A stretch of 64,000 nucleotides of DNA from Planktothrix sp. GU0601_MAG3 (GCA_035193785.1 CP136572.1:5117706-5181705), one strand, 5' to 3'. Counted from the stretch's first letter, positions 1 through 11,882 are shown. Numbers and translations: made by a program. The notes: generated by a model from the sequence alone, not told the origin.

Positions 1-481
1 GTTGCTGGCAAAGCTGTTGCTTTTGGTGAAGCCCTGAAACCAGAATTTTCTACCTATTCTGGTCAAGTTATTGCTAATGCTAAGGCTTTAGCAACTCAGT
101 TACAAAACCGAGGCTTAAAAATTGTTTCCGGTGGCACGGATAATCATTTAATGTTGGTGGATTTACGTTCGGCGAATCTAACTGGAAAACAGGCGGATAA
201 ACTGGTTAGTGAAGTTAATATTACGGCGAATAAAAATACGGTTTCCTTTTGATCCTGAATCTCCCTTTGTCACCAGTGGTTTACGCTTGGGTACTCCCGC
301 TATGACCACCCGGGGGATGGGAGAAGCGGAATTTATCGAAATTGGAAATATTATTGCCGACCGTCTGCTAAACCCCGAAGATGAAGGGATCGGCGAAGCC
401 TGTCGTCAACGGGTAGCAAATTTATGCGATCGCTTTCCCCTATATCCCCATTTGAGTTTAAAAGTTCCGGCTTTGGCTTAA
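1..481 (+). CDS. glyA: Serine hydroxymethyltransferase, C-terminal part (5' end outside window; frameshift near 243)
   Basis: Frame 1 reads [16 protein letters not shown]...[13 protein letters not shown]...NITANKNTV, then continues in another frame as [24 protein letters not shown], which are SHMT motifs. Confidence 0.95.
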
Positions 482-678
482 TAGGATTTCAACGGATTGA
501 TTAATTGTTGTTTTTTCAAAGTTAGCGATCGCTCTTAAATTTATTAAAAGTGCGATCGCTTATTTTTTTCTTAACTTTTTTTTAATGGGTTAGGGATTCA
601 GCCCCTGATTAGGCTTATAATAGAAAAAACGGAAACTATCAGGTGTAGTTTTTCGGTGGCTGAAGCGGAGGATACATT

Positions 679-1389
679 ATGAAAATCCTATCCACAGCAG
701 TTTTTGGCGCCGCCACAGTGCTTCTACTAGGTTTGGGAGTTACGACTCCAGCCTATTCACAAAATCCTAATGATCTTAAACAATTATTAGAAACCCGATT
801 TTGTCCAGGGTGTGATTTGAGAGGAGCTAATTTAAGCGGTGCTCATTTGATTGGTGTAGATTTACGAGATGCTAATCTTGCCGGGGCAAACTTAGCTAAT
901 ATCAATTTAGAAGGTGCGGATTTAACCGGAGCCAACTTAACATCTGCAAACCTAGAAGGCGCGTTTTTAAATCAGACTGAATTTAATGATGCTAACCTGA
1001 GTGGTGCTAACTTAACTAATGCTAATTTGGTTCAAGCTCAATTAGAAGGTGCAAATGTCTTGAATGCCGATTTAACTGGGACTGAGTTGGCAATTCCTGC
1101 CTTGCAGACGGCTAAACTTCCTAGAGGTTCCGCCCAGGATTTAGGAATACCAGAAGAATTAACTATTGGACGTGATTCTGATAGTTTAGTATTTCCTTTT
1201 GGGGGGCCAGAATCCGATCAACCCTTTGCATATAATCAGGAATATTTAGATGCGATGGTGAACCCGAATCTTCACCCACTTCAACCCATGGAGTCCGATC
1301 CTTTTTTCCGCGCAAATGATAATTTTGATCATGGAATGCGAGGAGATGTTCGTCCATCGGGAATAGATGTATTAGAGGTCGGTTTTTAA
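679..1389 (+). CDS. Pentapeptide-repeat protein with signal peptide
   Basis: A(N/D)LxG pentapeptide repeats after CPGCDL; hydrophobic N-terminus. Confidence 0.9.
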   Translation: MKILSTAVFGAATVLLLGLGVTTPAYSQNPNDLKQLLETRFCPGCDLRGANLSGAHLIGVDLRDANLAGANLANINLEGADLTGANLTSANLEGAFLNQTEFNDANLSGANLTNANLVQAQLEGANVLNADLTGTELAIPALQTAKLPRGSAQDLGIPEELTIGRDSDSLVFPFGGPESDQPFAYNQEYLDAMVNPNLHPLQPMESDPFFRANDNFDHGMRGDVRPSGIDVLEVGF

Positions 1390-1541
1390 TCTATGAACCG
1401 CATTCGGTGTTGTTGTTTGGCAAAAATTACCGGGACGGGGGAGAAACTCAGAATCGTTTTTTCCCCGTTTGAACTTTGCTAGTCAGATAATTTTTCTGTA
1501 TAATGAACGGAACTGTTTAGTGATGTAAAGTTAGGATAGCC

Positions 1542-2102
1542 GTGACTTCTCCAAGAAATTCATCTCAACAGCAACCCCAACCCGAAAACCATCCAGCCCT
1601 GAGTTCTAGTTATTACACGCTGTTAGGGGTTCATCCCAGTGCTACCCCGATCGAAATTCGGCGAGCCTATCGGGAACTGAGTAAACTGTATCATCCCGAT
1701 ACGACAACCTTATCAAAAGCGATCGCCACAGCCAAATTTCAGAAACTCAATGAAGCCTACGCCACCCTTTGTAACCCAGATCGGCGTCAGTCCTATGATC
1801 AAAAAATTGGCTATTCTCGATATCATTTGATTCAGGTTCCCACGGACTTAAATCAGCCCTATTCTAAAAGCAGTCGTTCCAATTCTTCCTCCGCCTATTT
1901 AGACCCAACCGATCGTCCCCTTTCCTCTGGAGAAGTTTTTTCCTTATTTCTCATGGGAATAACTTTAATTGGATGTGTACTATTAGCAATTATTATTAGT
2001 TTAACTCGTTCAAATACGGTTTTACTACCCACTCCAACCCCTGGTTTAATAGTAGCTTTAAATTTTTATCTATCCTTACCAATTAAGTTATTTTTGTTTT
2101 GA
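1542..2102 (+). CDS. J-domain (DnaJ-like) membrane protein
   Basis: YYTLLGV...IRRAYRELSKLYHPD motif; C-terminal transmembrane segment. Confidence 0.9.
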   Translation: MTSPRNSSQQQPQPENHPALSSSYYTLLGVHPSATPIEIRRAYRELSKLYHPDTTTLSKAIATAKFQKLNEAYATLCNPDRRQSYDQKIGYSRYHLIQVPTDLNQPYSKSSRSNSSSAYLDPTDRPLSSGEVFSLFLMGITLIGCVLLAIIISLTRSNTVLLPTPTPGLIVALNFYLSLPIKLFLF

Positions 2103-2205
2103 ACTCGGATCATTAATCAGAAATAATCCGTTGAATTTGAAAGAAAATTGGTAAAAAATGCTATAATCAATACCTAACATAAATTAGCTTTCCTTCCTAT
2201 TATTT

Positions 2206-2478
2206 ATGACTTTGCCGAGTTCAGATACACCTTTATATAATCATCCCCTACCCGATATTGAAGAATGGTTGCGCTCTCATGGGGGTGAACAAGATAAAAA
2301 AGAACTCCATTATTGGCACATTGGGAACCAAAATTGGACGGCGGATTTGTGGTTAGAAGTTGACCAAATTACAGTCCGTTATATTGGTGCTACAACTAAC
2401 GGCCAAGATATTCAACGTTCCTTTAAATATTCTCTTCCGCGCCGAGATCTTGAAGCTGCTATATTTGGGGGGCCTTAA
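2206..2478 (+). CDS. Conserved cyanobacterial hypothetical protein (DUF3143-like)
   Basis: TPLYNHPLPDIEEWL...RSFKYSLPRRDLEAAIFGGP pattern. Confidence 0.75.
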   Translation: MTLPSSDTPLYNHPLPDIEEWLRSHGGEQDKKELHYWHIGNQNWTADLWLEVDQITVRYIGATTNGQDIQRSFKYSLPRRDLEAAIFGGP

Positions 2479-2570
2479 TCAGTTGTCAGTTATCAGTTAT
2501 CAGTTGTTAATGATTAGTCGTTAATTATTAGTTATTAGTTGTTAGTTAATTGATGACTGCTTAATGATTA
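2477..2570. repeat. Degenerate heptamer tandem repeats (ATCAGTT/ATTAGTT, STRR-like) between convergent genes
   Basis: atcagttgtcagttatcagttatcagttg... Confidence 0.7.
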
Positions 2571-2575
2571 CCGAT

Positions 2576-3326
2576 TCAAACTTTGCCGAATCTACGTTCC
2601 CGTTTTTGATAAGAAGACAAAGCCAGATGCAATTCCGTATGATCGAAATCAGGCCAAAGGGTATCAGTTACATAAATTTCTGCATAGGCGAGTTGCCATA
2701 ATAAAAAATTACTAATTCGCAGTTCTCCACTGGTACGAATTAACAAATCAGGGTGACAGGTTCCAGCCGTATATAAATGTTGTTCAAACAGAGTTTCATC
2801 AATATCTTCCGGTTGAATTAACCCTTGTTTAACTTGAGTTGCAATCTCTCGACAGGCTTTTAAAATTTCTTGTCGTCCGCCATAATTAGTAGCAATTGTA
2901 AAGAGAATCCCCTTATTTTGTTTCGTTTCCTCCATCGAATATTCTATTTTTTCCTGTAGAGATTTAGGAAGTGCTGCCAAATTTCCGACAAACTGAATTC
3001 GCACTTCTTCCTCCATCATTTCTCGCAATTCTCGCATTAAAACCCGCTCAAATAATGCCATGAGAAAATCGACTTCCTCTAAAGGACGCCCCCAATTTTC
3101 CGTAGAAAAAGCATAGGCCGTTAGTGTCTCCACACCCCAGTCTCGACAACAGCGTAAGACTTCTTTGAGGGAATCGACCCCCCGACGGTGGCCCATAGTT
3201 CGAGGTAAACCTCGACGCTTCGCCCAGCGACCATTGCCATCCATAATCACAGCAATGTGTTTAGGTAAGCGGTTTCTGGTCTAAATCTGCGGGTAATTCA
3301 TATATAACCCTTGTCTTAGCACTCAT
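2576..3326 (-). CDS. uppS: Undecaprenyl diphosphate synthase (isoprenyl transferase); frameshift near 3272
   Basis: [42 protein letters not shown] at 3326 overlaps the cdaA stop. Confidence 0.95.
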
Positions 3327-4237
3327 TTTTTCTCCCGAGAAGCTTTAGATCGAGGACGGAATGGGCGAGACACAAAAGCCCATCCTTGGGAACCCATGCG
3401 GTTTCCCCAGTGGGTAATGGAAATCGAAGCCACAGTTCCGTCATCATTAGATGTCCAAGAACGAGCTTCTAATAGCTCTTTCAGTTTACTGCTAGTTAAG
3501 GGTCGGTTGAGGATTCCTTTTTCCGCCAGAGAAATTGAACCCGTTTCTTCCGACACCACAATACACATACATTTTGCCACTCGTTCCGTAATTCCCATCG
3601 CCGCCCGATGACGAGTTCCCAATTGTCGGGACGCCATGCGTTCCGATAGAGGTAAAATCACCCCCGCCGCCGCAATTCGAGACGCCCGAATTAACACCGC
3701 CCCATCATGCAGCAGGGTTTTAGGTTGAAAAATAGTTTGTAAGAGTTCCCTGGAAACCTCGGCATTCAGTTTTACTCCGGGGACAGAAAAATCTCGTTCA
3801 TCAATGGGACTTCCGGTTTCAATAATAATTAATGCCCCGGTACGATTTTGTGAGAGTTCTTTAACAGCTTCTACAAGTTGATCAATTACCCCATCGGGTT
3901 CAGGAATAACACGGCGACCCTGACCAAACAATTGTGAAATTTCTCCGCGACCCAACTGTTCCAAAAATTCGCGGAATTCTGATTGTAGTATGACTGCCAT
4001 CGCTACGGCAGAACCTGTAACTAAACTATTCAGGGCAATATACAATAATTTCAAACCTGCCCAGTTACTAATGGCCGTTGCCAACATTAGAATAATAAAC
4101 CCGCGCACCATCCAAAGGGTACGACGTTCTCCAATGATGACCAAAACCACATAAGCGACGGCAAAAACTAATCCAATATCAAGACTTTGAATTAACCAGG
4201 GAGGAATTCCTTGCTGAGTCATGACTAGACGCCGCAT
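3323..4237 (-). CDS. cdaA: Diadenylate cyclase
   Basis: Three N-terminal TM helices, LHDGAV and GTRHRAA DAC motifs; lysA-cdaA-uppS synteny. Confidence 0.95.
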   Translation of the reverse strand: MRRLVMTQQGIPPWLIQSLDIGLVFAVAYVVLVIIGERRTLWMVRGFIILMLATAISNWAGLKLLYIALNSLVTGSAVAMAVILQSEFREFLEQLGRGEISQLFGQGRRVIPEPDGVIDQLVEAVKELSQNRTGALIIIETGSPIDERDFSVPGVKLNAEVSRELLQTIFQPKTLLHDGAVLIRASRIAAAGVILPLSERMASRQLGTRHRAAMGITERVAKCMCIVVSEETGSISLAEKGILNRPLTSSKLKELLEARSWTSNDDGTVASISITHWGNRMGSQGWAFVSRPFRPRSKASREKK

Positions 4238-4276
4238 TCATCGAATTTTGATCAAATTAAGATAAGCCTGAGTCAA

Positions 4277-4340
4277 CCCCCTAAAAAGGGGGAGAACCGG
4301 ATTTCAAAGTCCCTCTCAAAAAGGGGGATTTCAGGGGATC
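4277..4340. repeat. Palindromic intergenic repeat (CCCCC-n-AAGGGGG type)
   Basis: ccccctaaaaaggggg ... aaagtccctctcaaaaagggggatttcaggggatc. Confidence 0.6.
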
Positions 4341-4409
4341 AGATCTCGGCGGTCAGCATGAGTTTTTGGCAATTGTTGACACCGATCCCGTAGTTTCACC
4401 CTGCAACCA

Positions 4410-5799
4410 TTAACTATTAACGGTTAAGCGTTCTGGAAGTCGATCTTTACTAATTAAATCTTGGTAAGATTCTCGTTCAATAATGACGTTAGCATCACCA
4501 CTATTAACTAAAACTGCCGCTGGTTTAGACAGTCGATTATAGTTAGAGGCCATACTATAATTGTAGGCTCCCGTTGCCATAACCACGAGAATATCCCCGG
4601 ATTCAACTTTAGGAAGTTGAGCGTCCTTAATTAAAATATCCCCAGATTCACAATGTTTTCCTGCAACCGTAACGGTTTCGGTCATCGGTGCCGACATTTT
4701 GTTAGCTAAAACCACGCGGTACAGGGATTGATAGGTAATCGGACGGGGGTTATCGGACATCCCGCCATCTACAGCAATATAAGTCCGAATTCCAGGAACT
4801 TGTTTTTGAGATCCTACAGTGTAAGCTGTAACGCAACTAGAGCCAATCAGAGATCGTCCCGGTTCACATAATAATCGGGGTAGGGGATATTGTTTTTGTT
4901 CACAGGCTTTGATCACGGATTCAGTCACAATTTTTACCCAATCTTCAATACTTGGGGGATCATCTGACTCCGTATAACAAATGCCTAAACCCCCACCAAT
5001 ATTAACTTCTGAGATATTTAAACCATGTTGGTTGGCTTTAGTTAAAGTATCAATAATTACAGAACCCAAATCATTATGGGGTTGCAATTCAAAAATTTGG
5101 GAGCCAATATGGGCATGGACTCCAACGCAGGATAAACCCGTTTGTTGACTAATAAATTCAAAGACCTCATCCAGTTGGCCAGGATCAAAACCAAATTTAC
5201 TATCTAAATGTCCAGTACGGATGTATTCGTGGGTATGACATTCAATTCCCGGGGTAAACCGAATCATCATCCGAATTGGATGATCAACGATGGACTCGTT
5301 ACTCAGTTGGGCGAGGGTATGTAAATCTAGCCAATTATCCGCAACAACGGTACATCCGCTTTCAATCGCTAATTTAATTTCTTCCGAGGATTTATTGTTA
5401 CCATGGAGGTAGGTTTTTTCCGGTGGAAACTCCGGCTTGCAGGGCGGTATAAAGTTCTCCCCCGGATACCACGTCAATACCTAATCCTTCGGAGGCCACA
5501 ATAGCACAAACTGCCAAACAATTCCAGGCTTTGGAGGCGTACAGGACGAGGGACTCACCGGGATAATGACGTTTGAAGGCGTCCCGGTATTGTTGACAAG
5601 CGGTTCGCAGGGTGGTTTCATCAACAATATAGAGGGGTGTGCCAAATTGTTGGACTAGGGCGGTAACGTCACAGCCGCCAATTTCTAGGTGATCTTGCGG
5701 ATTGACTTTTGCTGTCAAAGGAAATAATTGTTGATTAGGCGATCGGGTTTCTAAGGCATCCGTTGATGCCGATAGGTATTGCAGTCCAGAATTTTGCAC
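4410..5799 (-). CDS. lysA: Diaminopimelate decarboxylase; frameshift near 5425
   Basis: YASKA, HAHIGSQ, EPGRS, GKHCESGD and GAYNYSMASNYN spread over two overlapping ORFs. Confidence 0.95.
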
Positions 5800-6120
5800 G
5801 AGAAATACTATATTAACACTTCTATTGATCAGATTTTAGCGTAAAGTTGCACGGGTGTCTGGTGTTGACCATCGGATATTGGCTGATTTGCAAAGATGAT
5901 AGGCGTTTATGTTGAGTTTTTTTACTGGGGTTTAAGATAGATTAGGATATTTTGCACTTTTGATCTCTATTTTACCTGTTACTTTCTTGAAAGTGGTTGA
6001 GTGAAAATTCATCTCTGATCTTTTATTTTTACTCAGAAATTTTATTTCATTAATTTAACTTCAGAAGTTATTCCCTGGCTTATAATAGAATAGAAGGTTA
6101 GTTAGAAAATGTTAGTTTAA

Positions 6121-6717
6121 ATGGGAAAACAATATTTAGAACTCAAACCGTTAACAGAAAATCAACTTTCGGCTGTGGTGGAACTAGATCAACGGTGTTT
6201 AGGTGGATTATGGACGAAAGACGGATATCAACGGGAAATAGAGAGTCCCAATAGTGATTTAATCATCTGGAAACGGGAAGAAAAAACCGGGGATCAAGAA
6301 CCTAAAAAAGAAGAATTTCAACTCCCCCAAATAGAATTAACTGATGTGGAAACTTTGAGTGATCAACTAATCGGTATTGGCTGTTTATGGGCAATCTTAG
6401 AAGAAGCCCATATTACTATTTTAGCGATTGATCCAGAATATCAAGGAAAAGGGTTAGGTCAGGCGTTATTATTTCAATTATTAGTATCGGCTTGGAAACG
6501 TAAACTAGAACGGGCTACCCTAGAGGTGAAAGTTTCTAATCAACCTGCGATTAATTTATATAGGAAATTTGGCTTTAAAGAAGCAGGACGTCGTAAAGGA
6601 TATTATCAAGATACCGGGGAAGATGCCTTAATTCTGTGGCGCGGGGATCTGCATCATCCCCATTTTCCCGATACCCTCCATCACTGGTATCAGGAGATTT
6701 GCTTAAAATTGAATTAA
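6121..6717 (+). CDS. rimI: Ribosomal-protein-alanine N-acetyltransferase (GNAT)
   Basis: EAHITILAI, QGKGLG, LEVKVSN..AINLYRKFGF, RRKGYY..GEDA. Confidence 0.9.
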   Translation: MGKQYLELKPLTENQLSAVVELDQRCLGGLWTKDGYQREIESPNSDLIIWKREEKTGDQEPKKEEFQLPQIELTDVETLSDQLIGIGCLWAILEEAHITILAIDPEYQGKGLGQALLFQLLVSAWKRKLERATLEVKVSNQPAINLYRKFGFKEAGRRKGYYQDTGEDALILWRGDLHHPHFPDTLHHWYQEICLKLN

Positions 6718-6718
6718 T

Positions 6719-7393
6719 TTAATGTTGAGATTTAACCTCTATTTTCTGATATTGATAGGGACGATTTTCAGCCCCCCAAACCCTTTTACCTTGAGCATCA
6801 AAGCCCCGATCTTGAGTTTCCATGCCATTTTGATCTAACTTAATTGTATTCGTAATTTTAACCGCCCCTTTAAAATTAGTAACACAGCCTCCGGGTTGAG
6901 TTTCACCAATATATTGATCTCCCACAGGTTTCAAAAATACACTACAATTTGCATTCTCTATTTCTTGATAACTGATCACCCGTTCTGATAGAGTTTTTTT
7001 ACACAAACCTATCCACTTTTTCGGATTAATTGGTTTAAAACTGACAGACTCAATCCCATTTTTATCAATACTGGGAATAATTTCCAAAAATCTCTGACGA
7101 TAGGGCTTTGATAAATTGCGAGTTAAAGCTTGTTCTTGATAGAGAAAAACACCTTGAGAACGTTTAGCAGAAGGGTCTGTCTGGTTCAACTTTACCTCAC
7201 AAGTCGTCATCCGAACACTGGGCGCACCAGGAATTGCCTTCGCCTGGGCTGAAGTCTCCATGATACCCGTCAAATAGGATGTTACCTGCTGAACATGACC
7301 CGCCATCGGATCGGGTTGAGTCCCACATCCACTTAAAATAACAAAAACCCCTAAAATAGAAACAGGAGATAGTTTGATCATTAGAATATCCAA
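6719..7393 (-). CDS. CpcT/CpeT-family chromophore lyase-like lipoprotein
   Basis: LYQEQA...PYRQR and DRGFD..G..VWG motifs; lipobox-like LSGC. Confidence 0.75.
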   Translation of the reverse strand: MDILMIKLSPVSILGVFVILSGCGTQPDPMAGHVQQVTSYLTGIMETSAQAKAIPGAPSVRMTTCEVKLNQTDPSAKRSQGVFLYQEQALTRNLSKPYRQRFLEIIPSIDKNGIESVSFKPINPKKWIGLCKKTLSERVISYQEIENANCSVFLKPVGDQYIGETQPGGCVTNFKGAVKITNTIKLDQNGMETQDRGFDAQGKRVWGAENRPYQYQKIEVKSQH

Positions 7394-7453
7394 AAGGTCG
7401 TAAGCCCTTGGGGGCCTGCCAACATTGTATTAACATAACCTGTAAATATTATT

Positions 7454-8413
7454 ATGCCAACCTACACCGGAATTTCTAGCGAAGCCTTTCGTCATCCCCT
7501 AGATAAAGAAGCAGAAGTTGCTTTAAGAAGTGTTCCAGGCTTTGATTTAATCGCCAGTAAATTTGTCGAATTTATCTATGAACGTCCTCAATATGTTTAC
7601 TTAATGGGAAATGCTGTGCAAGTAGGGCCCAGACAATATGCGAGTATTTATCATATTTTTCGGGAATGTGTCAGGGATTTAGATATCTTTCCCGAACCGG
7701 GTTTATTTGTCTCTCAAAATCCCCAAGTTAATAGTTATGCTTTGGGACAGGAACACCCCTATATTATTTTGAATACGGGTCTTTTAGACTTAGTAGATGA
7801 AGCCGAACTAAGGGTGGTTTTGGCCCATGAATTAGGACATATAAAATGTGGTCATCCGATTTTAAATCAGATGTCAATTTGGGCGATGGGTGTGGCTTCA
7901 ATGATTGGGGAATTAACTTTTGGGTTGGGAAATTTAGTCAATAGTGGCTTAATTTATGCCTTTTATGAATGGCGAAGAAAAGCCGAATTATCGGCAGACC
8001 GGGCGGCATTATTGGTGACGGATGATCTCAAATGTGTGATGAAATCCATGATGCAATTAGCGGGAGTTAGTACAAAATATGCCCATGAATGTAGTTTAGA
8101 TGAATTCATTCGTCAATCCGAACAATATCGAGATTTAGATCAAGATGGTTTGAATCAAGTGTATAAGTTTTTATTTTATAATGGCGGTCAAGGCATGATG
8201 TCCAGTCATCCCTTTCCCGTGGAACGAATTCAATATTTAAAAGAGTGGAACGATTCAGTAGAATATGCTAAAATCCGTTCCGGCCACTATCCACAAGCCA
8301 CCGCAGAAGGTTCGGTTAATGTCAAAGCCGAAAAATCCCAAGATGAAGTCGAAGATTTACGCCGACAAATTGAGGAGTTACAGAATCAAATTAATCGAAT
8401 TAAGTTTAAATAA
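7454..8413 (+). CDS. M48 family metallopeptidase
   Basis: AHELGH zinc motif, [15 protein letters not shown]. Confidence 0.9.
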   Translation: MPTYTGISSEAFRHPLDKEAEVALRSVPGFDLIASKFVEFIYERPQYVYLMGNAVQVGPRQYASIYHIFRECVRDLDIFPEPGLFVSQNPQVNSYALGQEHPYIILNTGLLDLVDEAELRVVLAHELGHIKCGHPILNQMSIWAMGVASMIGELTFGLGNLVNSGLIYAFYEWRRKAELSADRAALLVTDDLKCVMKSMMQLAGVSTKYAHECSLDEFIRQSEQYRDLDQDGLNQVYKFLFYNGGQGMMSSHPFPVERIQYLKEWNDSVEYAKIRSGHYPQATAEGSVNVKAEKSQDEVEDLRRQIEELQNQINRIKFK

Positions 8414-9053
8414 TTTTGTTTTCCGTTAAACTCCTCAATAATTCCACCGCTACCCGTCGATAATCCGAAGCGGCTTCCCGGGAATTATGACTTTTTGCTT
8501 GAATAATTGGTACCCCTTCCAAGGGACAACGTTCATGGGCTTTATAGGCGCGAATAATGTTTTTAAATACCGGAATCCCCGCTTCTTGTAGGGATTTTTG
8601 GGCATCAAAAGCATCTCCTAAACTGCGGGGGTCAACTTTAGTCATTAAGACCCGATGGGGAACTTTTGAAGGGGTAATCGCCGATCTCACGGTTTCAATT
8701 AAAGCAACTAAATCCATGGGTGCGGCTTGGGTCGGTAATACCAAATAATCGGCCACCTGCACCACAGCTAATAACGCATCGGATTTTAACGCCGGAGGCG
8801 TATCCACCACTACCAATTCATAGTCCTGCACCTGCTTCAATCGAGACAGCAAACTCGGGTCAGTCTCCGAGGAATGCTCAAAGGGCATTTCTCCCCCGTG
8901 GCCCTGTTCCGCCCACCAACAAGCCGAACCCTGGGGGTCTGTATCGACTAACAGGGTGCTGAAGTTGTGGGCGAGAATAGCAGCCAGGTTAATGGCGGTT
9001 GTGGTTTTGCCCACTCCCCCTTTTCCATTGGCGATCGCGAGAATTTTGGCCAT
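8406..9053 (-). CDS. ParA family ATPase (no parB adjacent)
   Basis: KGGVGKTT deviant Walker A, DTDPQGS, VVVDTPP. Confidence 0.9.
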   Translation of the reverse strand: MAKILAIANGKGGVGKTTTAINLAAILAHNFSTLLVDTDPQGSACWWAEQGHGGEMPFEHSSETDPSLLSRLKQVQDYELVVVDTPPALKSDALLAVVQVADYLVLPTQAAPMDLVALIETVRSAITPSKVPHRVLMTKVDPRSLGDAFDAQKSLQEAGIPVFKNIIRAYKAHERCPLEGVPIIQAKSHNSREAASDYRRVAVELLRSLTENKII

Positions 9054-9192
9054 AGTTTATAGATCCGGTGGCAAGCACATTTCAGTGTAACGGATCAAGA
9101 GACAGCCTTGACCGTTAATTATTAACTGAAAAAGAGTTAATCTAAACCCGTTATCCTTTAAGCTAAAAATCAATATAGCGGAATGTAAGACT

Positions 9193-10780
9193 ATGGATGC
9201 CACTAAACTCTGGCAACGCTACCAAGATTGGCTATACTACCATGACAGCTTAGGACTGTACCTGGATGTTAGTCGGATGCGATTTGATGATGATTTTGTT
9301 GCATCCTTATTGCCCAAGTTTGATCAGGCTTTCAAAGCCATGGACGCTTTGGAACAAGGGGCGATCGCCAACCCCGATGAAAACCGAATGGTCGGCCATT
9401 ATTGGTTGCGCGACCCCGATCTCGCCCCCACCAAGGAGCTCAAGCAAGAAATCGTTGAAACCCTAGAAAAAATAGAAACTTTTACAGCCAAGATTCATCA
9501 AGGGGAGATTAAACCGCCGAATGCGGCCAAATTCACTGATATTTTATCCATTGGCATTGGCGGATCGGCTTTGGGGCCTGAATTTGTGGCGGAGGCCCTA
9601 GCCCCTGATCATCCAGCCCTGAATATCCATTTTATCAATAACAGTGATCCCAGAGGCATCGATCGGGTTTTGGCTCAACTTGGCGATCGCCTCAAAAGTA
9701 CCCTAGTGCTTGTCATTTCTAAATCCGGTGGCACTCCAGAACCGCGTAACGGCATGATTGAGGTAAAAAATGCCTTTTCTGCCCAAAACTTAAACTTTGC
9801 CCAACAAGCCGTGGCTGTTACGGGTGTCGGTAGCCTACTCGATCAACAAGCCCATGCCGAAGGCTGGTTAACCACCTTTCCTATGGCTGATTGGGTGGGG
9901 GGCCGAACTTCTGAATTATCGGCCGTTGGGTTATTGCCTGCGGCCTTACAGGGGATTGATATTCGGGGGATGTTGGCCGGGGCGAAAGCCATGGATATCG
10001 CCACCCGCACACCGGAGGTAAAAACCAATCCGGCGGCGTTATTGGCCTTGGCTTGGTATTATGCCGGAAATGGTAAGGGCGAAAAAGATATGGTAGTTTT
10101 GCCCTATAAAGATAGTTTGCTGTTGTTTAGTCGTTATTTACAACAGTTAGTTATGGAATCTTTAGGTAAAGAAAAAGACCTCGATGGCAATATTGTCTAT
10201 CAGGGAATTGCTGTTTACGGAAATAAAGGATCAACGGATCAACACGCCTATATTCAACAATTACGCGACGGAGTTCCTAACTTTTTTGCCACCTTTATTG
10301 AAGTGTTGAAAGATCGATCTTCCCCTTCGATTGAAATTGAACCTGGAGTCACATCCGGGGATTATTTATCGGGATTTTTACTCGGAACTCGGCAAGCATT
10401 GTATGAAAATCAGCGAGATTCGATTACTATTACAGTTCCCGAAGTTAATCCCCAAATTGTCGGCGCGTTAATTGCTTTGTATGATCGGGCGGTGGGTTTA
10501 TATGCGTCTTTAGTGAATATTAACGCTTACCATCAACCGGGTGTTGAAGCCGGGAAAAAAGCAGCCGCAGAAGTTCTGGACTTACAACATAAAATTATTC
10601 AGGTTTCTGCAAAACTCAGGTCAACCCCTATCTTTGGAAACCCTGGCTCAACAGGCGGGAGTCCCCGATCAAATTGAAGCCCTTTATAAAATCCTGCGAC
10701 ATTTAGCAACAAATAAACGCGGGGTATTATTAACAGGAAATCCAGGAAAACCAGCATCCTTAATGGCAAGTTATCAATAA
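9193..10780 (+). CDS. pgi: Glucose-6-phosphate isomerase; frameshift near 10605
   Basis: [40 protein letters not shown]. Confidence 0.95.
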
Positions 10781-10799
10781 TTGAGTGTTGACAGTCAAC

Positions 10800-10995
10800 T
10801 ATAGCAATCCTATTTGAGTTGTGTTCAAAATTCCTGAACAAAAGGGAACAGGCTGCGTCGTGAGCCGTGAGCCTGTCGAACGAGAACAGGGAACAGGGAA
10901 TAGGGAATAGGGAATAGGGAATAGGGAATAGGGGTAATACTTCTGACTGTTTCATATCAGTATTGAAATGTTACAACCTATTTAGGATTGCTATA
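10800..10995. mobile_element. MITE-like element with 13-bp terminal inverted repeats
   Basis: TATAGCAATCCTA at 10800-10812 and TAGGATTGCTATA at 10983-10995; no credible coding capacity; internal GGGAATA heptamers. Confidence 0.7.
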
Positions 10996-11048
10996 TTAAG
11001 GTGTTATTTACTAACAGCTAATTGTTAACTGTCAGCCACCCAGAATCT

Positions 11049-11213
11049 CCCCCTACCTCCCCCTACCTCCCCCTGCTCCCCCTGCTCCCCCACTCCCCCT
11101 ACCTCCCCCACTCCCCCTGCTCCCCCTGCTCCCCCTGCTCCCCCTGCTCCCCCCACTCCCCCTGCTCCCCCTGCTCCCTCTGCCCCCCTACTCCCTATGC
11201 CTCCCTACTCCCT
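11049..11213. repeat. C-rich 9-mer tandem repeat (CTCCCCCTG/CTCCCCCTA/CTCCCCCCA variants)
   Basis: Direct reading of 11049-11213. Confidence 0.9.
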
Positions 11214-11882
11214 ATGCCTCTAACAATTCTAGTTGTTGATGATGATTTAGGGACTCGCCTCTCGATTAGTGATTACTTGGACATTTCAGGCTATTCGGTA
11301 ATTGCCGCGGAGAATGGTCGGGAGGCGCTGCGCCTGGTGGAGCAATATCAGCCCCACCTGATCGTGACAGATATTGGTATGCCGGAGATGGATGGCTATG
11401 AACTGATCAAGCAAGTCCGCGCTCGTCCTGTTTTTCGCCTGCTGCCGGTGATTTTTTTAACCGCCCATACCAGTACCAAAGAGCGAATTCGGGGGTATCA
11501 ACTCGGATGTGATAATTATTTGCCCAAACCCTTTGAGTTAGAGGAGTTGGGGGTCGTGATTCGGGCTTTATTAGAGCGATCGCAATTAATTGAGTCGGAA
11601 TGGCGAGTCCGTCTATCCGATCCGGTTACCGATGCCCCCGATGGGAATTTAGACCCTGTAGCGACGAAATTACAACCCACTTTGGAGATTGGTCTAACCC
11701 AACGAGAGCATCAAGTCCTAGAGTTGTTAGCTGAGGGACTCTCTAATATTGCCATTGGCGATCACTTACACCTGAGTCCGAGAACCGTTGAGAAATATGT
11801 CAGTAGTTTATTGAGAAAAACGGACAGCAATAATCGCACAGAGTTGATCCGGTTTGCCCTAAAAAATAATTTGATTTCTTGA
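11214..11882 (+). CDS. NarL/LuxR-family response regulator (REC + HTH)
   Basis: ILVVDDD, DIGMPEMDG, KPF, LTQREHQVLELLAEGLSN..IG..L.LSPRTVEKY; the ORF-track extension from 11022 is translated repeat. Confidence 0.93.
   Translation: MPLTILVVDDDLGTRLSISDYLDISGYSVIAAENGREALRLVEQYQPHLIVTDIGMPEMDGYELIKQVRARPVFRLLPVIFLTAHTSTKERIRGYQLGCDNYLPKPFELEELGVVIRALLERSQLIESEWRVRLSDPVTDAPDGNLDPVATKLQPTLEIGLTQREHQVLELLAEGLSNIAIGDHLHLSPRTVEKYVSSLLRKTDSNNRTELIRFALKNNLIS

Noticed and set aside
2576..5799. lysA-cdaA-uppS linkage as a novel c-di-AMP system
   Set aside because: This is a known conserved arrangement in cyanobacteria
8406..9053. ParA as a sign of an integrated plasmid
   Set aside because: No parB, rep or mobility genes nearby; it is flanked by housekeeping genes and contains HIP1
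10599..10955. 118-aa minus-strand ORF
   Set aside because: It is made of MITE heptamers plus antisense pgi sequence
11022..11213. Pro/Cys-rich N-terminal extension of the response regulator
   Set aside because: It is a translation of the nonamer repeat; the REC domain begins at ATG 11214
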